Shown one piece after another: positions 59,840 through 64,000 of a DNA stretch of 64,000 bases (position 1 is its first letter; every line of letters starts with the position of its first letter). The notes below the pieces were generated by a model. It ran no database searches, had not been told where the DNA came from, and was given only the letters and a program-made list of their open reading frames with translations. Location: the NCBI GenBank assembly GCA_949288485.1, contig CASEKC010000001.1, forward strand, positions 71,070 to 135,069, given 5' to 3'. This DNA is from an uncultured bacterium. Its GTDB lineage: Bacteria > Bacillota_I > Bacilli_A > RFN20 > CAG-826. Position numbers and translations under genes: made by a program.

Positions 59840-60148
59840 TTACTTTTTAGTAATTTTAACGTAATCTTTATAACTATCTTCGATAGTTTTTAATTGAATA
59901 AGCATTGTTTTTAAAACAATTTTATCTTCATCGTTTTGTTTATCAGTTAATAAAGCAATCTCTACCTTACCACTTTCACTACTTATTTTATAATCATCAA
60001 TATTATTTATGGCATTTAATCCACCAATTATAATTGCACTTACTGCACTACAGACAATATCTTTGCCTTTTTTATCATAATTAGCATGACCTTCGCTTTT
60101 TAAATAAGTTATTTGATCATTATTTTTTGAATAAGCAATTTTAATCAT
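59840..60148 (-). CDS. prp: ribosomal-processing cysteine protease Prp (YsxB/DUF464)
   Basis: Conserved His/Cys dyad (EGHA...DIVCSAVSA). Located between rplU and rpmA. Confidence 0.7.
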   Translation of the reverse strand: MIKIAYSKNNDQITYLKSEGHANYDKKGKDIVCSAVSAIIIGGLNAINNIDDYKISSESGKVEIALLTDKQNDEDKIVLKTMLIQLKTIEDSYKDYVKITKK

Positions 60149-60456
60149 TATAAGTTAATGCTTGTAACTGTTAAGCAAGTATATGGTTGTCTATGACCCA
60201 TACTTCTACGATAATTGTTTTTTGCTTTGTATTTAAAGACATGAATCTTTTTGCCAAGGCCTTGTTTTTCAACTTTTGCGACAACTTTAGCGCCTTCAAC
60301 AAATGGGTTTCCAGTTTTAATAGTTTTATCAGCAACTAATAAAACTTTATCAAAAGTATATTCTTTGCCAGCTTCAACATCTAATTTTTCAACATAAATT
60401 TTTTGGCCAACTTCTACTTTTAATTGCTTACCACCACTTAAAATTATAGCGTACAT
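60148..60456 (-). CDS. rplU: 50S ribosomal protein L21
   Basis: MYAII..GGKQ.KV L21 signature. RBS AAGGAGG. Confidence 0.88.
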   Translation of the reverse strand: MYAIILSGGKQLKVEVGQKIYVEKLDVEAGKEYTFDKVLLVADKTIKTGNPFVEGAKVVAKVEKQGLGKKIHVFKYKAKNNYRRSMGHRQPYTCLTVTSINL

Positions 60457-60565
60457 ATGTTTCCTCCTTTAATTAAATAATTACTCGCTCTGAAGGTATT
60501 TATTAATAAAAAATAAATTTTTAAAGACCTTTTTAATGCGGTTGTAGCTAATTAAGAGTTACAAC
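60457..60565 (-). ncRNA. putative structured 5' leader of the rplU-prp-rpmA operon (L21-leader-like)
   Basis: About 108-nt leader with nested inverted repeats (GTTGTAGC...GTTACAAC, flanked by AGACCTTTT...AAAAGACT), ahead of the SD. Confidence 0.3.
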
Positions 60566-60572
60566 GTAAAAG

Positions 60573-60601
60573 ACTATATCATAAAGTATGCTTAAAATCA
60601 A
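60573..60601 (-). promoter_or_regulatory. putative sigma-70 promoter TTGATT-N17-TATAGT (minus strand) for the rplU operon
   Basis: Reverse complement reads ttgatt-ttaagcatactttatga-tatagt. Confidence 0.4.
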
Positions 60602-60647
60602 TAAAAAATAGCGTTAAAATCGAAAGAATTTGCTAGTATTTATTAAA

Positions 60648-60830
60648 TTAATTCCATGAGAACTGATATCCACCTGGAAGTTTAATTATTCCATCATTTG
60701 ATGTAAATAATTTATAAGCAGCTACCGCAATAATTGAAACAATCATAATTGCAATAATAGCAGCTAAAGTTACCGCTTCACCAGGTTTAATATTTTCTAG
60801 TTCTTCTTCACTTAAGATAACTTTATTCAT
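60648..60830 (-). CDS. hypothetical 60-aa single-pass membrane peptide
   Basis: MNKVILSEEELENIKPGEAVTLAAIIAIMIVSIIAVAAYKLFTSNDGIIKLPGGYQFSWN. Strong SD GGGAGG-ttttttg-ATG. The track's upstream extension falls inside the repeated leader element. Confidence 0.45.
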   Translation of the reverse strand: MNKVILSEEELENIKPGEAVTLAAIIAIMIVSIIAVAAYKLFTSNDGIIKLPGGYQFSWN

Positions 60831-60843
60831 CAAAAAACCTCCC

Positions 60844-60905
60844 TTCACAATACAAGAATGCTCCGAGAGGCAAAAATTATTCACTTTTTTTAAATATTTT
60901 TAATT
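60844..60905 (-). repeat. copy B of the ~60-bp leader element (sense on the minus strand), overlapping the valS stop
   Basis: Reverse complement reads aattaaaaatatttaaaaaaaGTGAATAATTTTtgcctctcgGAGCaTTCTTGTATtgtGAAGGGAGG-ttttttg-ATG. Same block spacing (41 nt) as copy A. Confidence 0.5.
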
Positions 60906-63469
60906 TTTACTTCTAATATTTCTTTTTGTTCTTTATATTTTTGATATTTTTCTTTTTCTTCATCAACTTTTTCTTTTTTAGCTTTTGATAAGAATTTTTC
61001 ATTATTTAATAAAGCTTCACTTCTTTTAATTTCTTTATTAATGTTTTCAAGTTGAAGATTTAGTTTATTAATTTTTTCTTCTTTAGAGATATTATCATCA
61101 ATATAAATAATTCCATCATTTATAACAATTGAAGTCAAATCATGACGTTCATCATTTATTAATTCAATGTTAGAAGCGAATGTGAATCTTTCAATATAAG
61201 AAAGAAGTGTAGAAATATTTTTATTTGTTTTTAATTTTAAAGAGATTTTTTGATTTGGAGCTAAAGAATTATCAACTTTATATGCTCTAATTTTTTCAAT
61301 AACATTTTTAATAAATAAAACATTTGATTCATCAAAAACAATATTTTTATCAAAAGTTGGATAAGACTCAAGCATTATTGAATCTTTATGTTCACTTAAT
61401 GAAAGATAAATTTCTTCACTAATAAATGGAGCAAATGGATAAATCGTTAAAATAATTGATTTTAATGATTTAAATAAAGCGTAATAAGTTGATTCTTTAT
61501 CAAATGATTCGTTTTGTAATGTTACTTTGCACATTTCTAAATAGAAATCACAGAAATCATCATAAACAAATGAATGTAAAATTTGACATGCAATTCCAAA
61601 TTCATATTTTTCCATCGCATTTGTAACTTTTGAAATTGTTTCATTAAGACGAGAAATAATGAATTTATCAATTTCATTTAAAGAATCAAAACTAATTTCT
61701 TCAAATTTATAATCACTTGGAAGATTCATTAAAGCAAATCTAGCACTATTCCAAATTTTATTTAAATATGCATTAGCTGCTTGAACTTTTTCTTCACTAT
61801 ATCTCATATCTAAACCAGGTGCTGCAGTTGTTGCAAGGAAATATCTAAGAGAATCCGTTCCATATTTATCAATAACTGCAACTGGATCAACACCATTTCC
61901 TAAAGATTTAGACATTTTTCTTCCTAAAGAATCTCTTACAAGTCCATGGATAACTACATCTTTAAATGGAATATTGTTAGTAAAATGGAGTGATTGGAAA
62001 ATCATTCTTGAAACCCAGAAGAAAATAATATCGTATCCTGTAACTAAACAAGATGTTGGGAAATAGTGTTTAAAGTCTTCAGTTTCTTTTGGCCAACCTA
62101 AAGTTGCAAAAGGCCAAAGTGCCGAAGAGAACCATGTATCAAGAACATCTTCATCTTGGCTCCATTCATCTGTATTACCTGGGCAAGTTTTTGAAACAAC
62201 CATTTCATCACTTCCATTTTTATACCAAACAGGAATTCGATGACCCCACCATAATTGACGAGAAATACACCAATCATCAATATTAGAAAGCCATCTTGTT
62301 AATACATTTTCAAATCTTTCAGGATAAAATTTTACTTTATTTTCTGTTTTTTGATTTTCTAAAACTCTATCAGCAAGTGGTTTCATTTTTACAAACCATT
62401 GTTTTGATAAAATAGGTTCAACGACAGAATCACTTCTTTCAGAATGGCCTACTTGGTGAGTAATTTCTTCAATTTTAATTAAGTTATCTTGTTCTTTAAT
62501 ATCATTTAATAAAGCTTCACGACAAGCAAAGCGATCCATTGAAGCATATTTACCACAATTTTCATTCATCGTTCCATCAACATTCATAATAATTGGATGT
62601 GGAAGATTATATTTTTGGCCAATGATAAAATCGTTTGGATCATGAGCAGGTGTACATTTCATCGCACCAGTTCCAAACTCAATATCAACATATTCATCAG
62701 CAATAACAGGAATTACTTCATTATTTGCAGGATTAATTACCTTTTTTCCAATAATATTTTTATATCTTTCATCGTTAGGATTAACAACAATACAAGTATC
62801 TCCAAACATTGTTTCAGGTCTAGTTGTTGCAATTTCTAAATATTTTGAAGGATCATCAATAAAACGATATTTAAAATAATAGAAATGTCCTTTATCTTCT
62901 TTATAAACAATTTCAATATTGCTTAAAGCAGTTTTCATCTCCGGATCATAATTTACGATTCTTTCTCCTCGATAAATTAATCCTTCATCAAAAAGAGTTT
63001 TAAAAACTGTATAAACAGCGTCTTGGAAACCTTCGTCAAGAGTAAATCTTTCACGAGAATAATCGATCATTATCCCCATTTTTTCCCATTGAGAATGAAT
63101 AATATCACTTTTTTCTTCTTTCCATTTAAATGCTTCTTTTAAGAAATTTTCTCTACCAATTTGAAAACGATCAGTTCCTTCTTCTTTTAATTTAGCATCA
63201 ACTTTAGCTTGAGTAGCAATTCCAGCATGATCTACTCCAGGAAGATAAAGTACATCAAAACCTTTTGCTTTTTTATAACGAGCAATTATATCTTGGAAAG
63301 TATTATCAATCGCATGACCAATATGTAAAACACCAGTAACATTTGGTGGAGGAATAACCATTGAAAAAGGTAATTTTGAAGTGTCACCAGCTTTAAAATA
63401 ACCACTTTCTTTCCATTTTTTTACTTTTCCCTTTTCAATTTCTTTAAAATCATAACGTTTATCAAGCAT
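60890..63469 (-). CDS. valS: valine--tRNA ligase
   Basis: HIGH (PNVTGVLHIGHA) and KMSKS motifs, editing domain and C-terminal coiled coil. Confidence 0.95.
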   Translation of the reverse strand: MLDKRYDFKEIEKGKVKKWKESGYFKAGDTSKLPFSMVIPPPNVTGVLHIGHAIDNTFQDIIARYKKAKGFDVLYLPGVDHAGIATQAKVDAKLKEEGTDRFQIGRENFLKEAFKWKEEKSDIIHSQWEKMGIMIDYSRERFTLDEGFQDAVYTVFKTLFDEGLIYRGERIVNYDPEMKTALSNIEIVYKEDKGHFYYFKYRFIDDPSKYLEIATTRPETMFGDTCIVVNPNDERYKNIIGKKVINPANNEVIPVIADEYVDIEFGTGAMKCTPAHDPNDFIIGQKYNLPHPIIMNVDGTMNENCGKYASMDRFACREALLNDIKEQDNLIKIEEITHQVGHSERSDSVVEPILSKQWFVKMKPLADRVLENQKTENKVKFYPERFENVLTRWLSNIDDWCISRQLWWGHRIPVWYKNGSDEMVVSKTCPGNTDEWSQDEDVLDTWFSSALWPFATLGWPKETEDFKHYFPTSCLVTGYDIIFFWVSRMIFQSLHFTNNIPFKDVVIHGLVRDSLGRKMSKSLGNGVDPVAVIDKYGTDSLRYFLATTAAPGLDMRYSEEKVQAANAYLNKIWNSARFALMNLPSDYKFEEISFDSLNEIDKFIISRLNETISKVTNAMEKYEFGIACQILHSFVYDDFCDFYLEMCKVTLQNESFDKESTYYALFKSLKSIILTIYPFAPFISEEIYLSLSEHKDSIMLESYPTFDKNIVFDESNVLFIKNVIEKIRAYKVDNSLAPNQKISLKLKTNKNISTLLSYIERFTFASNIELINDERHDLTSIVINDGIIYIDDNISKEEKINKLNLQLENINKEIKRSEALLNNEKFLSKAKKEKVDEEKEKYQKYKEQKEILEVKIKNI

Positions 63470-63486
63470 ATTTTTACCTTCCTTTA

Positions 63487-64000
63487 CTAAATTACACTAT
63501 CAATTTTATCCTTAAGTTTTTCAAGCAAGCGATAATTGCTAATTGAAACTAAAAATAATTTATTTTCATCAAAATCTTTGAATTTAGCATTTAAATTTTT
63601 CTTTATTTTTGCTTTCATCGACATATTTAATTTATCAACCTTTGTTAAAGCAAAAATAAATGGAATATTATTATACATTAAATATTCATAAAATAATAAA
63701 TCATCTTCATTTGGTTCATGACGAGAATCTAATAAAAAAACGACTAATTTTAAATATCTATTATCATGAAAATAAGAATCAATCATTTTTCCATACATTT
63801 CATAATCTAAATCTTTCTTTGAAGAATATCCATAACCAGGTGCATCAACAAAATAAAATTTATCTTCAATTAAAAAGTAATTTAATAAACGTGTCATACC
63901 AGGTTTTGAAGAAGTATAAGCAAGTTTTTTATTGTTTGTTAAAGCATTGATTAAAGATGATTTTCCAACATTTGATTTACCGACAAAAAGCACCTCACTT
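63487..64000 (-). CDS. engB: ribosome biogenesis GTP-binding protein EngB/YihA (YsxC), N-terminus beyond the window
   Basis: GKSNVGKSSLINAL G1 motif. The reading frame continues past nt 64000. Confidence 0.85.
   Translation of the reverse strand, partial: SEVLFVGKSNVGKSSLINALTNNKKLAYTSSKPGMTRLLNYFLIEDKFYFVDAPGYGYSSKKDLDYEMYGKMIDSYFHDNRYLKLVVFLLDSRHEPNEDDLLFYEYLMYNNIPFIFALTKVDKLNMSMKAKIKKNLNAKFKDFDENKLFLVSISNYRLLEKLKDKIDSVI

Noticed and set aside
60648-60830. Small peptide as a type IV prepilin (ComGC-like)
   Set aside because: The prepilin peptidase signature G|F-T-L-x-E is absent. The sequence has GEAVTL and no Glu at position +5.
1-64000. Possibility that TGA encodes Trp (Mollicutes code 4)
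   Set aside because: All long housekeeping proteins are intact under the standard code, and Trp codons seen in DnaK are TGG. Table 11 applies.
1-64000. CRISPR arrays, rRNA or tRNA genes, IS elements or prophage
   Set aside because: No direct-repeat and spacer periodicity was seen, no rRNA or tRNA-like sequence and no transposase or integrase-like ORF. XerD is the chromosomal dimer-resolution recombinase sitting in conserved synteny.

Overview
The window is 64 kb of very AT-rich (about 25% GC) DNA that is gene-dense and almost entirely housekeeping. Long proteins such as DnaK, ParC, ValS and RelA are intact without TGA read-through, so the standard code (table 11) applies despite the Mollicutes-like composition. 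Gene order follows conserved low-GC Firmicutes blocks: hemW-hrcA-grpE-dnaK-dnaJ ... rsmE-mtaB; rpmF; deoC; rpsU; ybeY-cdd-era-recO-glyQS-dnaG-sigA-(sigma paralog)-trmK-nif3; cshB-nfo; rpmG; MBL hydrolase-efp-yneF; plsY / parE-parC; yqeG-yqeH-yhbY-yqeK; and, on the minus strand, permease-lipoprotein-deoB-xerD-dinB-xseBA-nusB-asp23-tkt-aspS-hisS-relA-recJ-secDF-ruvBA-obg-rpmA-prp-rplU-valS-engB. The ORF track missed two ribosomal protein genes under 60 aa (rpsU, rpmG). No rRNA, tRNA, CRISPR array or transposase was found. The unexplained signals are: (1) a three-copy, roughly 60-bp leader element directly upstream of three lineage-specific genes (a standalone C39-peptidase membrane protein, a 176-aa hypothetical and a 60-aa membrane peptide), with predicted Shine-Dalgarno-occluding hairpins in two copies; (2) GrpE carrying a tandem-repeat Cys/His-rich N-terminal domain; (3) a second complete sigma-70 paralog directly after sigA; (4) an ADP-ribosylglycohydrolase-family gene, a zinc-ribbon/TM2 membrane protein and a hypothetical inserted into the conserved dnaJ-rsmE-mtaB block; (5) a family of weak CGATA..TATCG hairpins, one sitting between the divergent plsY and parE starts.
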